From NCBI GenBank assembly GCA_016712745.1, contig JADJQN010000001.1, forward strand, positions 1,009,494 to 1,073,493: a DNA stretch of 64,000 bases, given 5' to 3'. Below are positions 1 to 10,043 of the stretch, in pieces. The translations under genes were made by a program, and so were the position numbers. Source of the DNA: Sandaracinaceae bacterium (GTDB taxonomy: Bacteria; Myxococcota_A; Polyangia; Polyangiales; JADJQN01). The notes below the pieces were generated by a model. The model did no database searches. It saw only the letters and a program-made list of their open reading frames with translations, and had not been told where the DNA came from. The stretch's first letter is position 1; each line of letters begins with the position of its first letter.

Positions 1-607
1 CGTCGGCGCCCGTGCGGATCATGCGGCCGTTCTCGAAGTACTCCCAGCGATCGGGACTCCAGTGATCGGCGGTGCTGCGAGCAGCGGTATCGCGCTCGGT
101 GCGAAGGGGCTGGCCAGCTTCGTAGAAGACTTTGAGGTCAACGCGACCGTCGTGGTTTGTGTCGGTCTCGATGCGCTGAATGCGACCGTTTTCGTAGTAG
201 CTGATCTCGTCCATCGCTGCGTCGAAGTCGCGGTCGGCTTCCTCGCGCATCGGACGGCCTTCGTCGTCGTAGTAGCGAACGACATCTTTGGTGCCGTCGC
301 CGTTCAAGTCCGCTTCGCGGCAGATCAAGACGAGACGCACGGTCGGTGCCGTGCCCATGCGCTGAAAGACTTTGCGAACGTCGGGATGATCGTCGCCGGA
401 CGTGTCGTATTCGCTGACTTCGCGGCCACGTTCGGTGGCGTCGCAGCGGTTGTTGGCCGTGGCGCTGTTGGAATCAGTTGTGACCCCGCGCGCTTGCACG
501 CTTGGCCCGCCACGCTCGGAAGCAGAGCCTCCGCCGCACGCCTGTACGATGACGAGAGTCGATGCGCCGCCAAGGGCCAAAGCGATTGCGAGACGTTGCT
601 GATTCAC
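1..607 (-). CDS. Lipoprotein with EF-hand-like Dx[DN]xDG calcium-binding repeats. It is a paralog of 604..1476, and its C-terminal part runs off the window start.
   Basis: The ORF is absent from the track because it has no in-window stop. My minus-strand translation from GTG (605-607) reads VNQQRLAIALALGGASTLVIVQACGGGSASERGGPSVQARGVTTDSNSATANNRCDATERGREVSEYDTSGDDHPDVRKVFQ... This gives a signal peptide with a lipobox (VQAC), followed by the same repeat style as the upstream gene. The frame stays open to nt 1. The GTG overlaps the upstream stop (GTGA). Confidence 0.7.
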   Translation of the reverse strand, partial: MNQQRLAIALALGGASTLVIVQACGGGSASERGGPSVQARGVTTDSNSATANNRCDATERGREVSEYDTSGDDHPDVRKVFQRMGTAPTVRLVLICREADLNGDGTKDVVRYYDDEGRPMREEADRDFDAAMDEISYYENGRIQRIETDTNHDGRVDLKVFYEAGQPLRTERDTAARSTADHWSPDRWEYFENGRMIRTGAD

Positions 608-1476
608 TTTGCGCCTCCTGCGGCGGGAGTAGCGGCGGGAGCTGCTGCTGGATCGGCCGCCGGAGCAGCCGGTGTTCCTGCGTCTGCGTCGGTCGACGGC
701 GACGGCGGGGTTGGCGGCGTTCCGCCATCTGCGACTGCGGCGCCGGCGACTGGCGTGCCGTCACAGCTCACTGGCTCATCGAGCGGGCCTGCCGACTCTT
801 CGTCGATAGACTCGTTGTGCTGCGGGTCGGGCTGACCGTCGCCGTTCGTATCGACTTGAACTTGATAGGGGCGGCCGGCGCGGTAGTTTTCCCAGCGGTC
901 GGGACGGCCGTCGCGGTTGTCGTCGTAGGCGACGCGTAAAAGTCGTCCGCGCTCGTAGCTCTCCCATTGATCGGGACGCCCGCGATGATGGCGATCACGC
1001 TCAGCGCGTGTGACTTCGGCGCCCGTGCACCAAACCCAGGTGTCGATCGCATTGTCGAAGTTGGTGTCGATCTCTTTGTTCACGAGACGACCGTTTTCGA
1101 AGTAGCGAATCTCGTCCATACGACCGTCGAAGTCGTAATCGTCCTCTTCGCGGATGACGGTGCGACCATCGGGACCAAAGAAGCGCGTAATGTCGACGCG
1201 ACCGTCGTAGTTCATGTCGAGGATGGCGCAGCGCTCGACGCCATTCTGAAAGACGTGGCGAAGGTCGGGTGTGCCGTCGCCGTTCACGTCGACCGAGCGG
1301 ACCTCGCCGTTGTCGGGGTTGCACTGTTCGCGGACGGTGGCATCGCCACGTGAGCCGGAGAGGGTTTCCTGGTTGGCGACTTCACTGCTTGAGCCGCAAC
1401 CCGGCGCCACAGTAAGCGCCCCGAATCCCGCAAGCGTGCACAGCGAAAGAAGAATTGACCGCTTCGACAAGCCCAT
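604..1476 (-). CDS. Lipoprotein with six EF-hand-like Dx[DN]xDG calcium-binding loops and a Pro/Ala-rich tail
   Basis: The ORF is 290 aa. It opens with signal/lipobox MGLSKRSILLSLCTLAGFGALTVAPGCGSS. The spaced loops are DVNGDGTPD, DMNYDGRVD, DYDFDGRMD, DTNFDNAID, DDNRDGRPD and DTNGDGQPD. The C-terminus is low-complexity (PAAPAADPAAAPAATPAAGGAK). Confidence 0.75.
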   Translation of the reverse strand: MGLSKRSILLSLCTLAGFGALTVAPGCGSSSEVANQETLSGSRGDATVREQCNPDNGEVRSVDVNGDGTPDLRHVFQNGVERCAILDMNYDGRVDITRFFGPDGRTVIREEDDYDFDGRMDEIRYFENGRLVNKEIDTNFDNAIDTWVWCTGAEVTRAERDRHHRGRPDQWESYERGRLLRVAYDDNRDGRPDRWENYRAGRPYQVQVDTNGDGQPDPQHNESIDEESAGPLDEPVSCDGTPVAGAAVADGGTPPTPPSPSTDADAGTPAAPAADPAAAPAATPAAGGAK

Positions 1477-1675
1477 CTAAAGCCCTGGCTCCCCTGCCAT
1501 ACGCCCACTGGCTTTGGCGGGCGGAGCATACCCACTCCTTATAACTGACCGCAAGCGCGCAAAACTCGCGGGCTTTCCGGATTGACCGTATACATGGTGG
1601 CATGTATGTTCACGCGTAGTCGCAAGACACGACTTCGCGATGAACACGACGTTCACACGAGCAGCGGGTAACGAG

Positions 1676-1867
1676 ATGGCGCGCAAGAAGATTTCCACGA
1701 CGATTTACATCACGCCCGAGCAGAATGACCGCTTGAAGGTCCTGCACGAGCGCACGAAAGTGCCGGTCGCAGTCTACATCCGTGAGGGCATCGATCTCGT
1801 GCTCGAAAAGCACGCGGATTCAATGCCAGGTCAGCTAACGCTCGACGCTAGCCCTCGTAAGCGCTAA
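1676..1867 (+). CDS. Ribbon-helix-helix (CopG/Arc/MetJ-like) DNA-binding protein
   Basis: The track ORF is 1640..1867, but I prefer ATG 1676. From there the sequence MARKKISTTIYITPEQNDRLKVLHERTKVPVAVYIREGIDLVLEKH shows a short beta-strand followed by two helices, which is typical of the RHH fold. It ends 15 nt upstream of lepA. The start codon is uncertain. Confidence 0.6.
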   Translation: MARKKISTTIYITPEQNDRLKVLHERTKVPVAVYIREGIDLVLEKHADSMPGQLTLDASPRKR

Positions 1868-1882
1868 TCCTCCGCCCCCCCC

Positions 1883-3685
<1,803 letters not shown>

Positions 3686-3689
3686 GCGC

Positions 3690-4776
3690 TCAGCTTGCCG
3701 GGACGGTGCAGTGGAAGGTGCTGCCCTTGCCGACTTCGCTCTCCGCCCAGATTTTTCCGCCGTGCGCTTCCACGATAGCGCGCGAGATGTGCAGTCCAAG
3801 GCCCGCCGCGGCGGTCGAAGCGAACCTGGGAAAAGCGGTCGAAGATACCGGGCAGCGCGTCCTTGGCGATGCCGATACCCGTGTCGCTCACCGTAAATTC
3901 GATTCCGTTGGCGTCCTGCCGCGCGTGAATGCTCACGCGGCCGCCTGCCTTGGTGAACTTGATCGCGTTGCTCACAAGATTGGCGAGGACTTGCATGATG
4001 CGTCCACCGTCAACCGTGACCTCTTGCGACGCAGAGCTTGCGTCCGCAGTGAGCGTAATTTTATTAAGCTGCGCGATTGCTTCGAAGGCTATCAGTGTGT
4101 CGCTCAAGACGGTGTCTACCTGGGTGTGCTCTCGCGCAACTGCCAGCTTGCCAGCCTCGATGGCGGTGACATCTAGAAGATCGTTCACGAGGCGGTTCAT
4201 GCGCGCGAGCAATCGAGCGCTGGATTGCGTGCGTTTGCGAACGCCCTCGCCGGCCGCACCCTTGGGCGATTCGGACTCAAGCAGATGGGTGTTGATGGCC
4301 AGGCCACTGAGCAAAGAGCGCAGGTCGTGACTTACCGTCGCCAGGAACTCGTCCTGCGCGGCAATTACCGCGTCGGCGTGCTCGCGCTCTTCCGTAAGGT
4401 CTTTGTCGGTTGCTTCGCGCTCAACCATGAGAAACGCGGCGAGGTAGGACTTTCGTGCATCCCGCTCGCGCTGCATCTTGGCATCGGCTTGCGCGCGTTC
4501 AGCTGCGAGCGACGAGTCCGCTTGCGCCCGCTTCCGTTGCAGCGATTCGGAGGTTCCCTCTTCATCCGCTTTATCGCGCGCGACCTCGACGACCGCGTCG
4601 GCTTTCTCACGCGCGACTTGCATGACCGCGTCGGCACGTTCTTCCATAGCGTCGCGCTTGAGCTCGGCGTTCGCGTCGACCTTGCTACGCTCGTCGCGCA
4701 GACTCTCGTCGGTGTGACCTCGCTGAGTACTGCTCTTGCCACTGCGTTGCTCGTGCATCGCGACATTATGCGCCAT
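3690..4776 (-). pseudogene. Cytoplasmic sensor histidine kinase with a coiled-coil N-terminus, HisKA and HATPase_c domains, carrying a frameshift in the G2 box as sequenced
   Basis: The H-box is FLATVSHDLRSLLSGL, and the N and G1 regions are LANLVSNAIKFT and VSDTGIGI. After ...[14 protein letters not shown] the track frame turns into nonsense and runs 130 nt into lepA. Shifting frame at about 3796-3810 restores [36 protein letters not shown], with a stop at 3690-3692. Confidence 0.8.
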
Positions 4777-4872
4777 TTGGCAAGCGACGAGTACGAAGTT
4801 CCGCCGATTTGTCGCGAAGTCTTGAATCCGCGCGCGGCGCTTGCAAGAGACCGAGTTCGCAGATGAAAGGGC

Positions 4873-5949
4873 TTAGTCGTGTCGATCTTCCGCTGGCACA
4901 TTCGCTGAGGGCGTCGCGCTCACGTCCGCGGTGAGCGGACCCGTGCCGAAGCGCCCGAGCTCAATACGGTAAGTACCAGGCTCGAGCTGCGCGGTGATGC
5001 GCGGGTTCTTTCCATCTGTATCGTCGTCAGTCGCGATGGACTCACCCGCAGCGTTGCGCAGCGTGAGCTTGGGATCCCCATTACCAACGGCCGTCGCACG
5101 GAACTGGTAGCTGCCTGCTTGTCGCACGATGAATTCGATCCCCGGGTCTTCCGCGTTGCTCTCGCCTGACATCTCGACGCGGATGCTTCCTTGTCCCTGC
5201 AAGCGGCCAACAACCGGCGCTGGCACAAACGGCGCGACCGTTACTCGGTACGTACCGCCTTCATTCGACGATCCCTTCACGCGAATGCGATATCGCCCGG
5301 GTGCTATCTGCATTCCCGTGAGAGTGAAATAGCCATCGCGGATGTTCACCGGATGACCGAGCTCAGTTTCGTCGTCGTGCAGAATCGAAATCCATGGGCT
5401 GCCTGGCCCTGCGCGCAAATTGATTCGCTGGGCACTCGCGACGGTGTACGCGATGTCAACGTAGGCATGCGTGCCCTCAACTTCCGATCGCGGTACATCA
5501 ACGCTCACTTCGCCTGCGTTCGCGATGCTTGCCGCCGGCGCTTGGCGTGCGACGGACGACCACGTGAGCTCTGCGTTCGCTCGCGCGCCATCGTTTGCGC
5601 GCACTCGCACGTGATAGACGCCCGCAGCGAGGCGAGTCTCTTCGCCGAAGCTACCACTGCCAGTGAACGTGACGACCTCTTCGTCTGTTTGATCGAGCAC
5701 AGTGGCCGTGCCGGCGAGCGGCCGATGCGAGGTCGCGTCGAGCAGATTGACGCGAATTAAATAGGAGCCCGCCTCAGGCACGGTGAGGGCAAAACGCGGC
5801 ATCGCAGGGATAAGCGTGCGAGCCGTCGCGCCGGCGGAAACGTTCGTATCAGCAGATGAGGCGACGGCGGGAGTCGGCGACGCCTGTGGCGTGGCCTTCT
5901 CTCCGCAAGCAGCCAGAACGAGCACGCACGTCGCGAGAAGTTTCTTCAT
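4873..5949 (-). CDS. Lipoprotein with about five tandem PPC-like (pre-peptidase C-terminal / beta-sandwich) repeats
   Basis: The start is taken at MKKLLATCVLVLAACGEK (lipobox LAAC). The track ORF extends to 5988. A G-x-Y-x-[IV]-R motif recurs every 60-70 aa: GSYLIRVNL, GVYHVRVRAN, GRYRIRVKGS, GSYQFRATAV, GTYRIELGRF. Confidence 0.65.
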   Translation of the reverse strand: MKKLLATCVLVLAACGEKATPQASPTPAVASSADTNVSAGATARTLIPAMPRFALTVPEAGSYLIRVNLLDATSHRPLAGTATVLDQTDEEVVTFTGSGSFGEETRLAAGVYHVRVRANDGARANAELTWSSVARQAPAASIANAGEVSVDVPRSEVEGTHAYVDIAYTVASAQRINLRAGPGSPWISILHDDETELGHPVNIRDGYFTLTGMQIAPGRYRIRVKGSSNEGGTYRVTVAPFVPAPVVGRLQGQGSIRVEMSGESNAEDPGIEFIVRQAGSYQFRATAVGNGDPKLTLRNAAGESIATDDDTDGKNPRITAQLEPGTYRIELGRFGTGPLTADVSATPSANVPAEDRHD

Positions 5950-5994
5950 CGTGCACGCACAAGACCCCGATCTGGTACTGCGTTGCAACTCCTA

Positions 5995-6759
5995 TCAGTC
6001 GACCGGCGGAAGCACGGGCATGGGCTCGCCCGTCGGGGCGCATTCACCGATGGCGCTAACACTCATGCTCGCGGCCGCCGCGACGCATGCGTTCGAATAG
6101 GTTTCGCCGTCGCAGCCGCAGACGGGGAAGTACTCGCGCGTGCAGCCTTCTGCAATGGCCATGCAGCTACCTGTGCCATCGGTCGCGCCGCACATCTCAG
6201 AAATGGGATAGTTGCAGAACTGCCCTTCGGGGCAGCTCACGCCTGTGCGTCCGCCGCAGGTCGCGCCCACACCAACGCAACCGGTGTACGTGCGGTTGCA
6301 CTCATCGATGGTCTCGAACGTGGATTCGCAATCCGCGCCTGAGCACGAGCAACCGCTGATACCCATACAGTTGACGCCATTCCAAGCGTAGCCCCAGAAG
6401 CCGTCGCACGCGCCGACACCAACCGCGTCCATTGCGTTGCACGGGCCAGCGGGTCCAGCATCGATCGCGCCCCCGTCAACGCTGAGGCCGGAGTCGCGCG
6501 ACCCGCCGTCGCTCGGTGCGCCGCTGTCGCTGTGCGATGCGTCCACGGACAGACCTAAGTCCTGCGCAGCGTCCAGCGCGACGGCGCCGTCGTCGCTAGA
6601 GCCTGAGTCGACGAGCGAGCCTCCGTCCAAGTCGCCTGTCGCGGAATCATTTCCGCCGTCGCGCGGTGAAAGCTGAGTGCGGCTCGAGCAGGCTGTGAGA
6701 ACGATCAACGAGGCGAGGAAGAAGATGCGCGAATGCGAAGTCATACCCAACGATGACAT
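5995..6759 (-). CDS. Cys-rich lipoprotein with a C-terminal Kazal-like protease-inhibitor domain
   Basis: The signal/lipobox is ...RIFFLASLIVLTACSS, followed by an Asp/Ser/Gly-rich linker. The C-terminus reads GSCMAIAEGCTREYFPVCGCDGETYSNACVAAAASMSVSAIGEC. This matches the Kazal core spacing C-x7-C-x10-C with the P-V-C-G-x-D-G-x-T-Y-x-N-x-C signature. An alternative start lies at 6744. Confidence 0.7.
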   Translation of the reverse strand: MSSLGMTSHSRIFFLASLIVLTACSSRTQLSPRDGGNDSATGDLDGGSLVDSGSSDDGAVALDAAQDLGLSVDASHSDSGAPSDGGSRDSGLSVDGGAIDAGPAGPCNAMDAVGVGACDGFWGYAWNGVNCMGISGCSCSGADCESTFETIDECNRTYTGCVGVGATCGGRTGVSCPEGQFCNYPISEMCGATDGTGSCMAIAEGCTREYFPVCGCDGETYSNACVAAAASMSVSAIGECAPTGEPMPVLPPVD

Positions 6760-6891
6760 GGGTTGGTGGTGAGCGCAGCAATCAGTTGCGCCGTATCAGC
6801 GTGATCGCGCGCGGATTAAGCGCTCGTTCGCGCTGTGCATCGAGCGCTGGCCGCTCGGCTATATTCACTATTTCACCGATCGTCCCCGATT

Positions 6892-8262
6892 TTATTGGGG
6901 GTCGCCGGAGTTGCGGAGCCAGTGGCGGGCTAGGTTGGTGGGGTCGAAGCCGGTTTCGGTTTCGATGGTGCTCAGCATGTCTTGCATGTGCATGGCTTGG
7001 CCAGCGTGCGATTGGTAGAAGGTGGCCAGGACGCCGTCGAGCGCTTCTTCGCCGATCTCGCGTGCGAGCGAGCGGTAGAACATCGCGCCTTTGATGTACG
7101 GGATCATCGTGAAGTAGTGATCGTTCAAGAGATCGATTTGGCCGCAGCCTTGCGGCCACGCGTTGGTGTGCTCTTCGTTCTCGAGAGCGTAGTCGAGGTC
7201 TTCTTGGTACGAGGCCCACGTAGCTTCTTCGAGCTCATCACCCGCGACCTCGCCAAGCGCGTGCGCTGCGAGATAGGTGACGGTGCCTTCAGAGAGGACG
7301 AAATCTTCCCAGCATGCGATGCGCACGCCGTCGCCGTACCACCCGTGCGCGGCTTCATGCGCCTGCGTCTCTTCGGATGCCATCGACGCGTCATCGACGT
7401 GCCAGTAGGGATGATGCTCCATGCCGCCAGCACCCGACTCGCCCCAGTTCACGGAGACCGCACCCACGTCGCTGCCAAACATGTAGGGGCCGAGATTCGT
7501 TTCGTACCAGTTGAAGACGTCAACGAGGTGCGCTGTGCCGGCGAGCGCTGCAGTTTTGCCGCGCGGCAACCAGCAGACTTTCAAATCGGTACCAGCGTCG
7601 GTGGTGCCGAGTGATTGGCACTCGTAGTTCCCAACGGCCCACGCCAGCATGTAGGCGGGCGCTTCTTCGTCGATAGTCGATGGGTAAATCGCAGTTTGGC
7701 CGCTGGGCACTCCCGTGAGGTTGAGTGCAAATGCGCTCCCGTCGCGCGTGGCTGAACGACAGGGAAACAAATTGCCGCAGAAGTAGGGCCAGGTCACGGT
7801 CGATGCGCCAAGCCAACCGTTATTCTCGTGCTGAACGTCGAAGGTGTAGTCGACGACGATGTTCGTGGGCCAACGCCCACCGGGAACGTTTACGTAAAGC
7901 TTGCCGCCGGACACCGCGTGCTCGAGCTCTGCGCCGGCTGCGCTGTGCACGCCCGTGACGTTGAGGCCCTGCGCCTCAAAGGTCATGCCGCGCGAAGTCG
8001 AGGTGGCCACGCGTACATCGGCCGTCGCATGGCGCGTCGCGAGGTTCACATCGAGCGAGGTTGAAATGATATCGCGGCGCGAGTTCGAATAGGCTGGTGC
8101 GCTCGGGTCATCGGCTTTGCCATCGTCGGCAAAGGGCGCGTTGTCGTCGGGACCGATCTCGCCCTGCCCCGATTGTGTTGCGCAGGCGCTGATCGATGCG
8201 CCCGCGAGGGCGAGCGCAAGCAAGCACGTAAGCCCACGTTGCGCAGAGAGCATCACTCGCAC
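6892..8262 (-). CDS. M1-family zinc metallopeptidase (aminopeptidase N-like), lipoprotein
   Basis: The ORF is 456 aa with signal/lipobox LALALAGASISACATQ. It has a GGMEH motif (GAMEN-like exopeptidase motif). The zinc site is HEAAHGWYGDGVRIACWEDFVLSEG, which fits HExxH-x18-E. Confidence 0.8.
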   Translation of the reverse strand: MRVMLSAQRGLTCLLALALAGASISACATQSGQGEIGPDDNAPFADDGKADDPSAPAYSNSRRDIISTSLDVNLATRHATADVRVATSTSRGMTFEAQGLNVTGVHSAAGAELEHAVSGGKLYVNVPGGRWPTNIVVDYTFDVQHENNGWLGASTVTWPYFCGNLFPCRSATRDGSAFALNLTGVPSGQTAIYPSTIDEEAPAYMLAWAVGNYECQSLGTTDAGTDLKVCWLPRGKTAALAGTAHLVDVFNWYETNLGPYMFGSDVGAVSVNWGESGAGGMEHHPYWHVDDASMASEETQAHEAAHGWYGDGVRIACWEDFVLSEGTVTYLAAHALGEVAGDELEEATWASYQEDLDYALENEEHTNAWPQGCGQIDLLNDHYFTMIPYIKGAMFYRSLAREIGEEALDGVLATFYQSHAGQAMHMQDMLSTIETETGFDPTNLARHWLRNSGDPQ

Positions 8263-9890
8263 CGGAAGTTGTTAGGCACGCAGGCGCTCGTGTAGATCGC
8301 GCGTGAAGACGACGACGCGATGGGGCGGCACTCCGAATCGTCGGGGCACGCGTCGCTGGCCGTGCACGCCGGGACGCAATGGCGTCCGCTGCGTCCGATG
8401 CTCGCGCACACGCTGCCGTCGCCGCACTGCGCGGAGGATGAGCAGCTCGTGCACATCAAGTCGAGGTTTGCGTAGGGGTGGAGGCGCGGATCATCGTCCA
8501 CACCATGAATGCCGTACATCGCGTCGCTGTAGGTTGCCGTGCGCAAGTCGCCGAGCAGGCGCGTGAGCGTACGCGGGCGGTGATGACCGCGCGAGTCTTG
8601 CTCCACCATGTGACTGATGAAATTCATCGTGGTGTACGGGTAGTCTCCATCGGCGAACGTTGTCGACGTGATGATGTCGAGCAAAGAGCCGTCGGGCTTG
8701 TTCGGGTTCTGACGGAAGGCCTCGCCCATATGATAGGTGTCGCAACCGTCGGCGTAGATGATCTGGTATTGGTCCGCGGGCATCTGCACGCTCGCAAGCT
8801 CTTCATAGGAGAGGTCGCCTTCCGAGGTGCGCTTCCAGTTGGCCAACGCAAAACCGTAGAACGGACCGGAATGACCGCTCCACACGATGACATCGCTGTG
8901 GGCGAGTGAGTCACGCACGTCGGCTTCAAGTTGACGGCCACCCGCCGCCGTATCCGGGTCCGTCGCGGGACCGTCCTTCGGATAGAAGATGCGAATTTCG
9001 ATCATCGCCTCGTTGCCGTTCACGTTGATGCTGCGCGTAAAGGCACCGCTCGAGCGGGTGAGGTCATCAAAGGTGCGAACCGGCGCCGTGAAGCCCATGT
9101 CGTCGCGTAGCCAGTAGAAGAGCTTGCGTGGGTGCTTGCGGTGGTAGGCGTTGTGATAGTCGTAGCCAAAATGCACGTCGATCGTGAGGCGCCCATCGTC
9201 GAAGAGCGCGTTGTAGTCGAACCACGCATCCGACGATGCGGGCTCAAGTGCAATCTCGAGCTCAACATCTTGCTTCTGCTCGGCGGCAACGCGCGTCGGA
9301 TTCCAATCTTTCCACGGCGCTTGACGAAACCACTGAGCGTCAGTCTCGAGCTCGGCAAGCTCTTCGTTGGTGGGCGTGCCCATCGTGACGGTGAAGTAGT
9401 CCTTGCCGCCGCGGCGTGTCGTGTCGAGAAGTGCAATCATATTGCTGCGACCAGCGATGACTTGAGAGAAGTCAAACTCGTAGGTGAGATTGTCGATGGC
9501 ATGCACGTGGCTCTGCTCGTAATCGCCCACCTTGGAGAGACCGCCCTGACCGCCGAAGCCGAAGTTGGGATCCTTCTTCTCTTTCTCGATCAAGAACGAA
9601 GTCAGGAAGTACGCGAACTGAATCTGCTTCATCGCGATGAGCTCATTCACGCGCGCCAAACGATGCGCCTCGGTCTGATTGGCAAAGTTCGACTCGAGCG
9701 TTACGCGCGAGGTGCCAGAGACGCGGAACTCACGCGCGCTCAAGCTGAGGAAGTCGTCAGCCTTGCCATCTTCGACCGCCATGCCGTCGTCGAGGTCCTC
9801 CGGGTCCACGTTCGAAAGCCCCGAAGGCGCCGAGGCACAGCCCGTAAGCAGCATCGCGATCGCGAGGATGGAAAATGGCCGGTTTTGCAT
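8253..9890 (-). CDS. Hypothetical lipoprotein with a C-terminal Cys-rich module; possible clan-CD-like His/Cys dyad, which is speculative
   Basis: The ORF is 545 aa with lipobox MLLTGCAS. The C-terminal 65 aa contain 10 Cys (CTSCSSSAQCGDGSVCASIGRSGRHCVPACTASDACPDDSECRP...). Hydrophobic strands precede SGHSG (H340) and ADGCD (C383). The gene overlaps the M1 peptidase start by 10 nt. Confidence 0.6.
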   Translation of the reverse strand: MQNRPFSILAIAMLLTGCASAPSGLSNVDPEDLDDGMAVEDGKADDFLSLSAREFRVSGTSRVTLESNFANQTEAHRLARVNELIAMKQIQFAYFLTSFLIEKEKKDPNFGFGGQGGLSKVGDYEQSHVHAIDNLTYEFDFSQVIAGRSNMIALLDTTRRGGKDYFTVTMGTPTNEELAELETDAQWFRQAPWKDWNPTRVAAEQKQDVELEIALEPASSDAWFDYNALFDDGRLTIDVHFGYDYHNAYHRKHPRKLFYWLRDDMGFTAPVRTFDDLTRSSGAFTRSINVNGNEAMIEIRIFYPKDGPATDPDTAAGGRQLEADVRDSLAHSDVIVWSGHSGPFYGFALANWKRTSEGDLSYEELASVQMPADQYQIIYADGCDTYHMGEAFRQNPNKPDGSLLDIITSTTFADGDYPYTTMNFISHMVEQDSRGHHRPRTLTRLLGDLRTATYSDAMYGIHGVDDDPRLHPYANLDLMCTSCSSSAQCGDGSVCASIGRSGRHCVPACTASDACPDDSECRPIASSSSRAIYTSACVPNNFRCE

Positions 9891-10019
9891 GGAGGGTCTA
9901 GTTGCAGCCCTCGTGCCAGTTTTCCACCGGCCGGGCGCACGAAAACCCTAGCTATTCCATGGGCGTAAGATCCCGTCGGGTGGCCGCCAAAGTAGCCGTA
10001 GACGGGTTTGGAGTCGCCA

Positions 10020-10040
10020 GCGCCAGGCGATCGCTGGCGC
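10020..10040 (-). terminator. Possible stem-loop downstream of the miaB-vanZ-gamma-CA operon
   Basis: GCGCCAG-gcgatcg-CTGGCGC forms a 7-bp GC stem with a 7-nt loop, immediately 3' of the gene ending at 10044. There is no U-tract, so this is weak as an intrinsic terminator. Confidence 0.3.
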
Positions 10041-10043
10041 CCG

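Noticed and set aside
62-835. Long plus-strand ORF (257 aa) and many similar 100-340-aa ORFs antisense to real genes. Examples are 13409..14431 +, 15864..16754 -, 21630..22646 -, 35612..36550 -, 38357..39346 +, 45521..46315 -, 52318..53313 +, 55460..56158 - and 61982..62914 +.
   Set aside because: High-GC genomes lack stop codons in the frames opposite real genes. These translations are Arg/Ala/Pro-rich and contain no motifs. Each lies entirely inside a gene with clear motifs on the other strand.
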